Below, in pieces: positions 46,232 to 54,990 of a stretch of DNA of 64,000 nt. Each line of letters opens with the position of its first letter. Position 1 is the stretch's first letter. The notes beneath the pieces are model-generated. The model did no database searches and was not told where the DNA came from. It was given only the letters and a program-made list of their open reading frames with translations. The DNA is from Bacteroidales bacterium (GTDB lineage Bacteria; Bacteroidota; Bacteroidia; Bacteroidales; UBA1715), in NCBI GenBank assembly GCA_027858745.1, contig JAQICB010000102.1:14892-78891 (forward strand). The letters run 5' to 3'. The translations under genes were made by a program, and so were the position numbers.

Positions 46232-47239
46232 ATACAATTTTTTCTTTCTACAAATAAATGCTTGTATGATAATACTTTTTGAATAAACCTCAGGATGATT
46301 TGATACCTTTCGGTTTTGTTCTAATTCTATCCTTTTTTGTTTGAGTGTAGGGATTGCTTTTGTGAAATCACGGTGTGCTGATATAATAGCGTGTGCATTT
46401 TTAAAATCTAATTTTGCCACAAACGAAAGATAGGCAATTATATCGAGAGTGCGTCTTATGAATAATGTTGTACGTAATTTTTCGTGAGTAAGGTTTTTAT
46501 AGAGTAAAAAGAGGTTGTTTCGAAAATTTAAATATGTTTTAAATGGATTTTCTTTTGGTAATGTTCCACCACCTATATGGTAAATAGTTGAGGAGGGGAT
46601 GTATTGTATGGAATAACCTCTGTTTTTTAATCTCCAACAGACATCTATTTCTTCCATATGTGCGAAGAAATCTTCGTCAAAACCATGTATTTCTTTAAAC
46701 GCTTTACTGCGAATGCACATAGCGGCACCGCTTGCCCAAAAAATGTTTGTTTGACTTTCATACTGTCCCATATCTTTTTCTCTATGATTGAATAGTCTAC
46801 CATGACAAAAGGGGTAGCCAAATTTGTCTATAAAGCCTCCGGCTGCACCTGCATATTCGAAATACTCTTTTTCATAATACGATTTAATTTTTGGCATACA
46901 TGCTGCAATTGTAGAGTCGTTTTTGAGTGCTTTGGTAAGCGGTTTTGTCCAGTTTTCGGTAACCTCAATATCTGAATTTAAAAGAATATAAAATTCAGCT
47001 TCTATGTTTTCTAAGCCTCTATTGTATCCACCGGCAAATCCGTAATTTTTATTAAGTTGTATAATAGGAATATGAGGATATGTTTCGTTTATATATGAAA
47101 TGCTCGAGTCTGTAGATGAATTGTCGATTATGTATACGGCAGTATTTTTATCTTCAGTTTTTTCAATAATATTTTTGAGAAATTTTTGAAGAAACGAAAG
47201 TCCATTCCAATTTAATATTACAACTGCGGTTTCAATCAT
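46229..47239 (-). CDS. Family 2 glycosyltransferase
   Basis: MIETAVVILNWNG.. and ..LLNSDIEV.. are GT2 (rhamnosyltransferase-like) signatures. 336 aa. Confidence 0.85.
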   Translation of the reverse strand: MIETAVVILNWNGLSFLQKFLKNIIEKTEDKNTAVYIIDNSSTDSSISYINETYPHIPIIQLNKNYGFAGGYNRGLENIEAEFYILLNSDIEVTENWTKPLTKALKNDSTIAACMPKIKSYYEKEYFEYAGAAGGFIDKFGYPFCHGRLFNHREKDMGQYESQTNIFWASGAAMCIRSKAFKEIHGFDEDFFAHMEEIDVCWRLKNRGYSIQYIPSSTIYHIGGGTLPKENPFKTYLNFRNNLFLLYKNLTHEKLRTTLFIRRTLDIIAYLSFVAKLDFKNAHAIISAHRDFTKAIPTLKQKRIELEQNRKVSNHPEVYSKSIIIQAFICRKKKLY

Positions 47240-48039
47240 GAATGTAATGTTGAAGATATTATTTTGTGAAATTCTGAATATACTAATTTGTTTGCTGCAA
47301 TAATTTCAGCACCATAAAGATAATTATTTTTTCCGGAAAAGTCAGAAACAATTCCACCTGCTTGTTGAACAAGAAATGCTCCGGCTGCAACATCCCATGC
47401 TTTTAAACTATACTCGTAAAATGCATCGAATCGTCCGCAGGCTACATATGCTAAATCTGTTGCAGCAGAACCTAACCTCCGTATACCTTGTGAGTTTCTC
47501 ATAAAATGTTCGAGTGTTTGTTGAAAACCGTTCATTTTGCTGTAATCATAATATGGAAAGCCGGTTGCAATAAGCGATTCTTCAACTGTTTTGTTGTTGG
47601 AAACATGTATTATTTCACCATTGCAATATGCCGGAGCTTTATCCCATGTATAGAAACATTCGTCGAGTCCTATTTCATAAACAATACCAATTACAGGAAA
47701 ATCATCTTTTACTAATGCAACACTTATAGCGTGTGGGTATAAATTATGAATGAAATTTGTTGTACCATCTATAGGATCAATTATCCAATTATATGTTTGA
47801 TTTGTTTGTTGGGTTGTTTGTTCTTCTGCAATAAATCCCGCTTTAGGAAATATTTTTGAAAGAATAGCAACAAGTTTTTTTTCCGAATTTTTATCTATAT
47901 CTGTTACAAAATCATTTTTCCCTTTAAAATTATATGAAATGTTTGATTGTGTATTGCGTGTTTGTGTACGAATGTATTTTCCAACTTCTCGTATTGCTGA
48001 GCAGGCATCTTTGCAGATTTGTTCATATTGAGTAGACAT
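47236..48039 (-). CDS. Inositol monophosphatase-family protein (SuhB-like)
   Basis: ..WIIDPIDGTTNF.. and ..WDVAAG.. IMPase motifs. 267 aa. 4-nt overlap with the downstream GT2 gene. Confidence 0.88.
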   Translation of the reverse strand: MSTQYEQICKDACSAIREVGKYIRTQTRNTQSNISYNFKGKNDFVTDIDKNSEKKLVAILSKIFPKAGFIAEEQTTQQTNQTYNWIIDPIDGTTNFIHNLYPHAISVALVKDDFPVIGIVYEIGLDECFYTWDKAPAYCNGEIIHVSNNKTVEESLIATGFPYYDYSKMNGFQQTLEHFMRNSQGIRRLGSAATDLAYVACGRFDAFYEYSLKAWDVAAGAFLVQQAGGIVSDFSGKNNYLYGAEIIAANKLVYSEFHKIISSTLHS

Positions 48040-48087
48040 AAAAAATGTAATTAACTGTTAATTCAAAAATAGACTAATTTTCTAATA

Positions 48088-48120
48088 AAAAAAAAGAGCT
48101 CATAATTGAGCTCTTTTTTT
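48088..48120 (-). terminator. Intrinsic terminator after the ArsC-family gene
   Basis: Stem AGAGCTCA (48095-48102) / TGAGCTCT (48107-48114) flanked by A- and T-runs, directly after the stop codon. Confidence 0.75.
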
Positions 48121-48461
48121 TATATAATTTTTGTCATCACATTTGCCGGGCGAGCGATTATTGCACTTTTTTCGGTTACAATAATAGGTCGTTGCAGTAA
48201 TTTTGGATGATTAACTATAGCTTGAATCCATTCCTCTTCAGATAATTTTTTTCCTTTGTAAAAATCTTTAAAATCTGGTTCTTGTCTGCGAATAATTTCT
48301 TCTGCAGAACAATTCATTTTTGAGGTGATTTCCTGTATATTTTTTGTGGAAATACCATTTTTAAGATATTCTGCAATTTCAAAATCTTGGGTCGTTTCAG
48401 ATAAAAAAGAAAGGCCTTCTCTGCTTTTACTACACCGAGGATTGTGATAAATTTTTATCAT
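48120..48461 (-). CDS. ArsC/Spx-family (arsenate reductase-like) protein
   Basis: MIKIYHNPRCSKSREGLSFL carries the conserved N-terminal Cys motif of the ArsC family. 113 aa. Confidence 0.8.
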   Translation of the reverse strand: MIKIYHNPRCSKSREGLSFLSETTQDFEIAEYLKNGISTKNIQEITSKMNCSAEEIIRRQEPDFKDFYKGKKLSEEEWIQAIVNHPKLLQRPIIVTEKSAIIARPANVMTKII

Positions 48462-48467
48462 GAATAC

Positions 48468-50513
48468 TTATTTTATTAGTGTGAGACTTCGTTTTACAAA
48501 TTCATTTAAATCTTCACCTTGTAACATATTATTTGAAATAAGAGCTAAATCAATAACTTGTTTAACTAAGTCGTTCTTTTTGCCATATTCTTTTAAAATT
48601 GATTTTTTTTCTTCGTTTAATACTTCAATTTCTTTTGATAAGTCTGCTTTTGTGTCTTTTTCCTCGGTCGGGATTTCTTCCTCTTTCTTATCTTTGTGTT
48701 CGTTTTCGAGAGTTTCTTTCTTTTTCGAAAGAGGTTCAATTTTTGAGTCTAAGTCTTGAATTTTTTTACCAAGTTTTTTTGTGCAATCTTCATTAATCTG
48801 TGTTATCAGTTCATGATTGGTATTAACAACCAAATTGTAACTATCAGGCAGTTCGCCATAAAAACCCATACCCGGATTCATTTTTGCCATATCTTTCATT
48901 CGACGCATAAATTCTGATTGGGTAATAATTACTGGCATATCCGAATCTTGTAAGGATTCAAATTGTACAATGTAATGTTCAGAAGGAGCTTGAACAGAAA
49001 AAACAGGAGTTAGAGAGTCTTTTTCTTGTTGTGTTAATCTTGTTTCGTTAACGTCTTCTTTCTGAATCAGCTTTTCAACAATATCGGAGTCAACTCGTGT
49101 GAATTGTGTTTTTTCGAATTTTTGTTCCAGCTGATTAATGAAATGTGCATCTAAATGACCATCCATTATTAAAACATCATAGCCCTTTTCTTTAGCAGCT
49201 TTGATGTATGAATATTGTTTTTTCTCATCAGTTGCATACAAATATACGAGTGTATCGTTTTTGTCCGTTTGATTTTCTTTGATGAGTGTTTTGTATTCCT
49301 CGAATGTATAATATGAATTGTCAACATTTTTAAGTAATGCGAATTTTTCTGCCCGTTCATAGAATTTTTCATCACTCAACATTCCGTATGTGATAAATAA
49401 TTTAAGGTCATCCCATTTTTTCTCAAAATCATCTCTGTTGTTTTTGAAGATTTCATGTAATCTGTCGGCAACTTTTTTAGTAATGTGGTTCGATATTTTC
49501 TTCACATTTTGGTCGCTTTGTAAATAACTTCTCGACACATTCAGAGGTATATCGGGAGAGTCTAACACACCATGAAGAAGAGTCAAAAATTCCGGAACAA
49601 TTCCTTCAACAGAATCGGTTACAAAAACTTGATTGCAATAGAGTTGAATTTTATTTTTTTGAACTTCAATGTTATTTCTAATTTTCGGGAAATAAAGAAT
49701 ACCGGTTAAATTGAATGGAAAATCGACATTAAGATGAATATGGAATAAAGGATCTTCGCTAGCAGGATACAGTTCTTTGTAAAAGTTAACATAATCGGCA
49801 TCTTCTAAATCAGTTGGTTTTTTCGTCCATGCCGGAGTTGTGTTGTTTATAATTTTATCTTTGTCTGTATCAATATTTTTCTCGTCTTTGTATTCTTGTT
49901 CTTTTCCAAAAGCTATCGGTATAGGTAAAAATTTACAGTATTTATCAAGGATTTCAGTGATTTTTGATGATTGTAAAAATTCTTCAGACTCTTTGTCAAT
50001 ATGAAGAATTATGTCTGTTCCAACTGTTTTTTTCTTAATTGGTTTTATCGAATATTCGGGACTTCCATCACATTCCCATTTAATTGCTTCAGCATCTTTT
50101 TGGTGCGATTTTGTGAGAATTTCAACCTTTTCAGCCACCATAAACGATGAATAGAATCCAAGTCCGAAATGACCGATAATTGCATCAACTTTATCTTTGT
50201 ATTTTTCGAGAAATTCTTCGGCTCCTGAAAATGCTATTTGATTAATATATTTTTCAATTTCATCTTCTGTCATTCCAATTCCTTCATCCGAAATTGTAAT
50301 AGTTTTTTTCGACTCATCTACTGATATTTTAATTTTTGCTTCAGACATATCTTTGTCATATTGTCCGAGCTGTGCTAAAGTTTTTAGCTTTTGTGTTGCA
50401 TCAACAGCATTTGATATAAGTTCTCGTAAGAATATTTCTTGATCTGAATACAGAAATTTTTTAATGATAGGAAAGATGTTTTCCGTATTGATTCCAATTT
50501 GACCTTTTTGCAT
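48468..50513 (-). CDS. htpG: Molecular chaperone HtpG (Hsp90)
   Basis: ..FLRELISNAVDA.. and ..IGHFGLGFYSSFMV.. GHKL ATPase motifs. 681 aa. Confidence 0.95.
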   Translation of the reverse strand: MQKGQIGINTENIFPIIKKFLYSDQEIFLRELISNAVDATQKLKTLAQLGQYDKDMSEAKIKISVDESKKTITISDEGIGMTEDEIEKYINQIAFSGAEEFLEKYKDKVDAIIGHFGLGFYSSFMVAEKVEILTKSHQKDAEAIKWECDGSPEYSIKPIKKKTVGTDIILHIDKESEEFLQSSKITEILDKYCKFLPIPIAFGKEQEYKDEKNIDTDKDKIINNTTPAWTKKPTDLEDADYVNFYKELYPASEDPLFHIHLNVDFPFNLTGILYFPKIRNNIEVQKNKIQLYCNQVFVTDSVEGIVPEFLTLLHGVLDSPDIPLNVSRSYLQSDQNVKKISNHITKKVADRLHEIFKNNRDDFEKKWDDLKLFITYGMLSDEKFYERAEKFALLKNVDNSYYTFEEYKTLIKENQTDKNDTLVYLYATDEKKQYSYIKAAKEKGYDVLIMDGHLDAHFINQLEQKFEKTQFTRVDSDIVEKLIQKEDVNETRLTQQEKDSLTPVFSVQAPSEHYIVQFESLQDSDMPVIITQSEFMRRMKDMAKMNPGMGFYGELPDSYNLVVNTNHELITQINEDCTKKLGKKIQDLDSKIEPLSKKKETLENEHKDKKEEEIPTEEKDTKADLSKEIEVLNEEKKSILKEYGKKNDLVKQVIDLALISNNMLQGEDLNEFVKRSLTLIK

Positions 50514-50525
50514 ATTATAAAAAAT

Positions 50526-50555
50526 TAGGGTTACACATAAATCTGTGTAACCCTA
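50526..50555 (-). promoter_or_regulatory. 12-bp hairpin plus U-run 13-42 nt upstream of the htpG start (terminator of the upstream gene and/or htpG leader structure)
   Basis: TAGGGTTACACA (50526-50537) / TGTGTAACCCTA (50544-50555). In minus sense it is followed by AAUUUUUUAUAAU-AUG. Confidence 0.55.
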
Positions 50556-50623
50556 GTCAAATCATATGCCATCCAATAGTTGTGTGTCATATCGTCATAT
50601 TTAATAGAAAACATGACATGTGA

Positions 50624-51862
50624 CTACTCTGGAGGAGCAACTGTTGTGGGAGCAACCTCCTCTAAAAACCACGGCCAATCGTATAAGTGTAATGCATTTG
50701 TGGCAGCATCAATTACTATTAAAATTAATAGAAATGAAATAAATACAATTAAGCCAATTTTGATAACTCTTTTTGTTTCAGCCTTTTTGCGAATTTTTTC
50801 TTGTTGATGAATAGCCCAAATTAAATTATTAATAATTTTCTTGAAAGCGTCTTGTCCTTTTTGTATAAAAGTAACGGCACCAAAATACGAGGATGAAGTT
50901 GCAATATCAACATCACTATGGCTCGATAGCATTATTACTTCAATATTTGGGTCGTATTCTTTAAGCTGATTCAAAATAGCTATACCGTTTTGAGATTCTT
51001 CGTCATCAGAATCTTCGAGGAAGTAATCCATTATAACGAGAAGAATTGAGTGTCTCGGGAACTTTTTGTCTTTTATATATGAAAGCAAATCAGCTCCATT
51101 TGTAAAACCTTTTGTCTTTTTGAAGCTTTTAGTGTTTTTGAATTGCTCTTGGAGAACTTTTAATTGAAGTTCATTATCATCCACAACAAATATAAACACC
51201 TCAGCAGGTGTATGTTTTATGCCCTTATTTCCGGGTTCTGCAGGATTTTTTCCTTTCAGTCTGTTGCTCGTAGAAACATTATAATTTTGTATCTGACTTT
51301 TTTCAAGTTCGACCTTTTTGTTAATTTTTGAAGAAGCCTTACTTTTGCTTTTATCTTCAGGAGTTGCTTTTATCTTTTCCGGTTTCTTTGCAATAGGATT
51401 TTTTGTTTCCTTACTTGCCGATTCTGTCTTTTCAGGTTCCGGTGAAATTGTCTCTTTTTTAGTTTCTTCTGTATTTTTTTCGTTTTCTGAAACCGGTTCC
51501 GGTTGAGTTTCTGAAATTGTTGGTTCTGTTGAAACGGTTTGATTTATAGCTTGTTCTTCTTGTTCTTTAGAAGGAGTCGGTTCCGCCTGTGTTTCAACTT
51601 TTTGTTGCTCAGTATTAGGATCCTGAACTATTTGCTCTCCCGGTTTTTCTTTATTTGGAATTGGAGTTTCCTGCGTTGGGGGTGTTTGTGCCGGTTCTTG
51701 TGTGGGAGATGGTGCAGCAGAATCCTGCATTTGTTCAGAATCCTCCTTGGGTTCTATTTGTTTTTTTACAGTATCTTCAAGCTTTTCAAGTTCTTTTAAT
51801 TTATGTAATAACTCTTGTTTAGCTTTTTCTAAATCTTGTAAAGAATCTTCAATTTTATCCAT
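50624..51862 (-). CDS. Tail-anchored response-regulator receiver (REC) domain protein with a long disordered P/E/T/Q/K-rich N-terminal region
   Basis: Coiled-coil N-terminus, about 200 aa of low complexity, REC motifs (VFIFVVDDNE.., LLVIMDYFLE, IMLSSHSD, FIQKG) and one C-terminal TM (IGLIVFISFLLILIVI). No output domain. Confidence 0.75.
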   Translation of the reverse strand: MDKIEDSLQDLEKAKQELLHKLKELEKLEDTVKKQIEPKEDSEQMQDSAAPSPTQEPAQTPPTQETPIPNKEKPGEQIVQDPNTEQQKVETQAEPTPSKEQEEQAINQTVSTEPTISETQPEPVSENEKNTEETKKETISPEPEKTESASKETKNPIAKKPEKIKATPEDKSKSKASSKINKKVELEKSQIQNYNVSTSNRLKGKNPAEPGNKGIKHTPAEVFIFVVDDNELQLKVLQEQFKNTKSFKKTKGFTNGADLLSYIKDKKFPRHSILLVIMDYFLEDSDDEESQNGIAILNQLKEYDPNIEVIMLSSHSDVDIATSSSYFGAVTFIQKGQDAFKKIINNLIWAIHQQEKIRKKAETKRVIKIGLIVFISFLLILIVIDAATNALHLYDWPWFLEEVAPTTVAPPE

Positions 51863-51975
51863 GTTATTAGGTTTTGAGTTAAGATATAGTTTTAGATTTA
51901 TAAAAGTAATAAAAAAAATGACTAAATAAAATTATTTAAATATATTTTATTGCTGAATGCTAATTATTTATGTGT

Positions 51976-52527
51976 TCATAATAATAAAAACATCATATAT
52001 GTTACAATGAATATACTGATAAGTCCTAAGATTGAAAACAGATATATATTGAGTCGTTTTTGAGTAATAATGTTTTGCTTATTGTATATTGATAAAATAG
52101 TATTTTTAATGCGAGTATGACTATTTGTGTTTTTTACAATACTAATAATTGGTTTTGGTATTGATGCTGATTCAATTTCTGATTTTTCTGCAAGCAAAAC
52201 ATATGTTGTTTCCGGAAATGTGTGGCGAATAATGTCATATATATCTAGTCCATTAAGCGGGAAGAATATATCGTTATTGTTGTTAGAGAATGAGTATTCC
52301 GAAATTATTACATGTATCTCTTTAGGATTTGATTTTTGAATAAAGGTATCTTCTAAAAATGTTTCTCCATTTTTGTATATTTTTATAGCATGGGGAATGC
52401 TCAGTTTAAAATTTTGCAGAAATGGAGACATGAAAATTTTATCGTTACTTATTATATATATAAATACGTGAGGAGATATATAATTGGTAATACGTTTTAT
52501 ATATGTTTGTAATGAAAAAATCCTCAT
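51976..52527 (-). CDS. Hypothetical tail-anchored protein with a degenerate receiver-like domain
   Basis: VFIYIISNDK.., IHVIISEYSF (Glu at the phospho-acceptor position), TYVLLAEKSE, and a C-terminal TM (IYLFSILGLISIFIVTYMMFLLL). The Met at 52527 avoids overlap with the upstream gene. Confidence 0.5.
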   Translation of the reverse strand: MRIFSLQTYIKRITNYISPHVFIYIISNDKIFMSPFLQNFKLSIPHAIKIYKNGETFLEDTFIQKSNPKEIHVIISEYSFSNNNNDIFFPLNGLDIYDIIRHTFPETTYVLLAEKSEIESASIPKPIISIVKNTNSHTRIKNTILSIYNKQNIITQKRLNIYLFSILGLISIFIVTYMMFLLL

Positions 52528-52537
52528 GAAATCATAC

Positions 52538-53773
52538 TTAATTAAATAAAAGATAACTAATCCAAATTGCGGCAATTATTCCCGCAAAATCTGCAATCAA
52601 TCCTGCCGTTACGGCATATCGTGTTTTTTTTATGCCAACTAAACCAAAGTACAATGCGATAATATAAAATGTCGTGTCTGCTGCACCTTGAAATACACAA
52701 GATAATTTTCCGGCGAATGAGTCGGCTCCAAAAGTATTCATGGTTTCAACCATCATTGCTTTTGCACCGCTACCACTCAGGGGTTTCATAAATGCGGTGG
52801 GAAGTGCGTCCACAAATTGGGTGTCGAGAGAAAAATAGATGGCTATTTCTTTAATGCCATTGGTGATAATTCCCATTGCTCCCGATTCTCTAAATATACC
52901 TATAGCAACAAGCATACCTACCATAAATGGAATTATTTTGAGCGTAACAGAAAAACCGTCTTTTGCTCCGTCAATAAACGCTTCATAAACATTTACTCGT
53001 TTATATACGGCACCAGCCATAAAACCGATAATAATTATAAGTAATAAAAGATTGCTTATTAGTGTGGTAACGTACTCCATTTGTTCTTTTTCTAACAGGC
53101 TCATTGAATATACAAAAGCTGCAAGAAAAATGATAATACCTCCAATCCAACCGATAACGGTTTTGTTTAATAAATTAAGTTTTTGACGAATACCAACATA
53201 TAATATTGCAGTAATTGTAGAAATTGCTGTTGCAATTAATAATGGAATAAAAATGTCTGTTGGATTTGCGGCACCCGAAGCTGCTCGTAATGCGAGAACA
53301 GATACGGGAATGATTGTGAGCCCCGATGTGTTGAGTGCCAAAAACATTATTTGAGCATTTGATGCGGTATCTTTTTTCTGATTAATATCTTGTAAACTTT
53401 GCATTGCTTTTAAGCCAATAGGAGTTGCGGCGTTATCTAAACCAAGCATGTTTGCCGAGAAATTCATGACTAATTGTCCGTTTGCCGGGTGGTTTTTAGG
53501 AATTTCGGGGAATAATTTCGAAAAGAAAGGGCCAACTATTCGAGATAAAAATGAAATTGCTCCGGCTTTTTCTCCGATATTCATAAATCCTAACCACAGT
53601 GTCATGACCCCTGCAAGTGGTAATGCAATATTCATGACTGCCAATTCTGCCATATCAAAGGTGCTTTGAATCATTCTTCTGAAGATATCAACATCACCTG
53701 TTATAATAAACTGAATGACAGCTACTACAAATCCAATAATAAAAAAACCTGTCCAAATATAATTAAGAGCCAT
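52538..53773 (-). CDS. Nucleoside-recognition-domain membrane protein (fused SpmA/SpmB-like)
   Basis: 411 aa polytopic protein. N-terminus MALNYIWTGFFIIGFVVAVIQ and two Gate-type halves, typical of SpmA/SpmB fusions. Confidence 0.75.
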   Translation of the reverse strand: MALNYIWTGFFIIGFVVAVIQFIITGDVDIFRRMIQSTFDMAELAVMNIALPLAGVMTLWLGFMNIGEKAGAISFLSRIVGPFFSKLFPEIPKNHPANGQLVMNFSANMLGLDNAATPIGLKAMQSLQDINQKKDTASNAQIMFLALNTSGLTIIPVSVLALRAASGAANPTDIFIPLLIATAISTITAILYVGIRQKLNLLNKTVIGWIGGIIIFLAAFVYSMSLLEKEQMEYVTTLISNLLLLIIIIGFMAGAVYKRVNVYEAFIDGAKDGFSVTLKIIPFMVGMLVAIGIFRESGAMGIITNGIKEIAIYFSLDTQFVDALPTAFMKPLSGSGAKAMMVETMNTFGADSFAGKLSCVFQGAADTTFYIIALYFGLVGIKKTRYAVTAGLIADFAGIIAAIWISYLLFN

Positions 53774-53776
53774 ATG

Positions 53777-54880
53777 TTAAGATATTCGTCTTCCTTTCCA
53801 ATGCAAGGGATATATTATTGCAAAAATAGGGATTAATGTAATATAAATAAAATAAAACAATTGAAAAGGTATAGATAAAATTGTAAGTTTTTGTTTTCCG
53901 AAAAAAGGTAAAATATGTATAAAAAAATAGGTGTCAATTATTATTTTTATGGATAACAACATAAGTAAAATAGGCAGAAATTGAATGTAAAAAATACTTA
54001 GTATGGCAGACCAAAAAATTGAGGCATTTTCTATGTATATTATATTTGAAATGATAATTGCGTCTCGGTCTTTGTACCCCGCACTTTTTCCTGCCCAGCG
54101 CAATCGTTGATTTATAAACGTATGAATATTTTTTGGTGGATGTGTATACACCATTGCATTTCGACTGTGAATGAAAGATATTTTTGTATGGGGATTTTTC
54201 TTTGCACTATGGAGTAAAAAAACATCATCTCCCGAGGCATACTTATTATTATTGTCACTCTGTGCAATATCTGTTGAAATGCACATATTTGCCGCATTGC
54301 AACTAAATGCTCGGTCTTGTTTTGCAAAGCCGCTTTGCATTCCAATCATGGCAAGAAAATCTAAGGTGAAAATTTTTTGTAGAACGGTCTTTTCTTCTGT
54401 ATGACTTACCGGACCGAATATAAATTGACTCTGTTTGGAAAGGTAATTATTCGCATAAGCTTCAATCCATTTTTCGTTCATCGTACAGTCTGCATCGGTG
54501 AAAAGCAACAAATTTCCTTGTGCATGATTAATTGCATATTGAAGAGCTTGTTTCTTCCCATTGTGTGATGGTGGACTGTTGTAGAGGTGAAAATGGAGAT
54601 GTTTTTCGCACTCTTTTTTCAATATAGTATATGTTGAATCGCTTGAGTGGTCATTTACAAAAATAACTTCATGTAGAGTTTTATCATATGATTGTAAAGA
54701 AAGGTAGCGTATGATTGTTGGTATATTTATCTCTTCATTTCGTACGGCTACAATCACAGAAATGAAAGGACGGATATGTGAATGAGATTTTGTTTTTTCG
54801 TGTTTATCCCATCCGATGCTTGCGTATAGTATTACAATACAATAAAACACACTTATGCTGCCAAAAAGTATATAAAGCAT
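53777..54880 (-). CDS. Membrane-bound family 2 glycosyltransferase
   Basis: N-terminal TM, GT2 core (..SVIVAVRNEE.., ..LLFTDADC.., ..QRLRWAGK..) and C-terminal TM cluster. The Met at 54880 is preferred over 54958. Confidence 0.8.
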   Translation of the reverse strand: MLYILFGSISVFYCIVILYASIGWDKHEKTKSHSHIRPFISVIVAVRNEEINIPTIIRYLSLQSYDKTLHEVIFVNDHSSDSTYTILKKECEKHLHFHLYNSPPSHNGKKQALQYAINHAQGNLLLFTDADCTMNEKWIEAYANNYLSKQSQFIFGPVSHTEEKTVLQKIFTLDFLAMIGMQSGFAKQDRAFSCNAANMCISTDIAQSDNNNKYASGDDVFLLHSAKKNPHTKISFIHSRNAMVYTHPPKNIHTFINQRLRWAGKSAGYKDRDAIIISNIIYIENASIFWSAILSIFYIQFLPILLMLLSIKIIIDTYFFIHILPFFGKQKLTILSIPFQLFYFIYITLIPIFAIIYPLHWKGRRIS

Positions 54881-54990
54881 TTTTCTTTTTTTTTTATAAA
54901 AATACAAGAAAAAATGACAACTCTCTTCTTTTTTTTTGAAGAGAGTCAAAAAAAACATTAATTTAGCCCTCTATTATATATATAAGGTTT

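Noticed and set aside
51318-51929. Plus-strand ORFs (62, 86 and 75 aa) opposite the low-complexity region of the REC protein gene
   Set aside because: They are antisense artefacts of a purine/pyrimidine-skewed low-complexity coding region.
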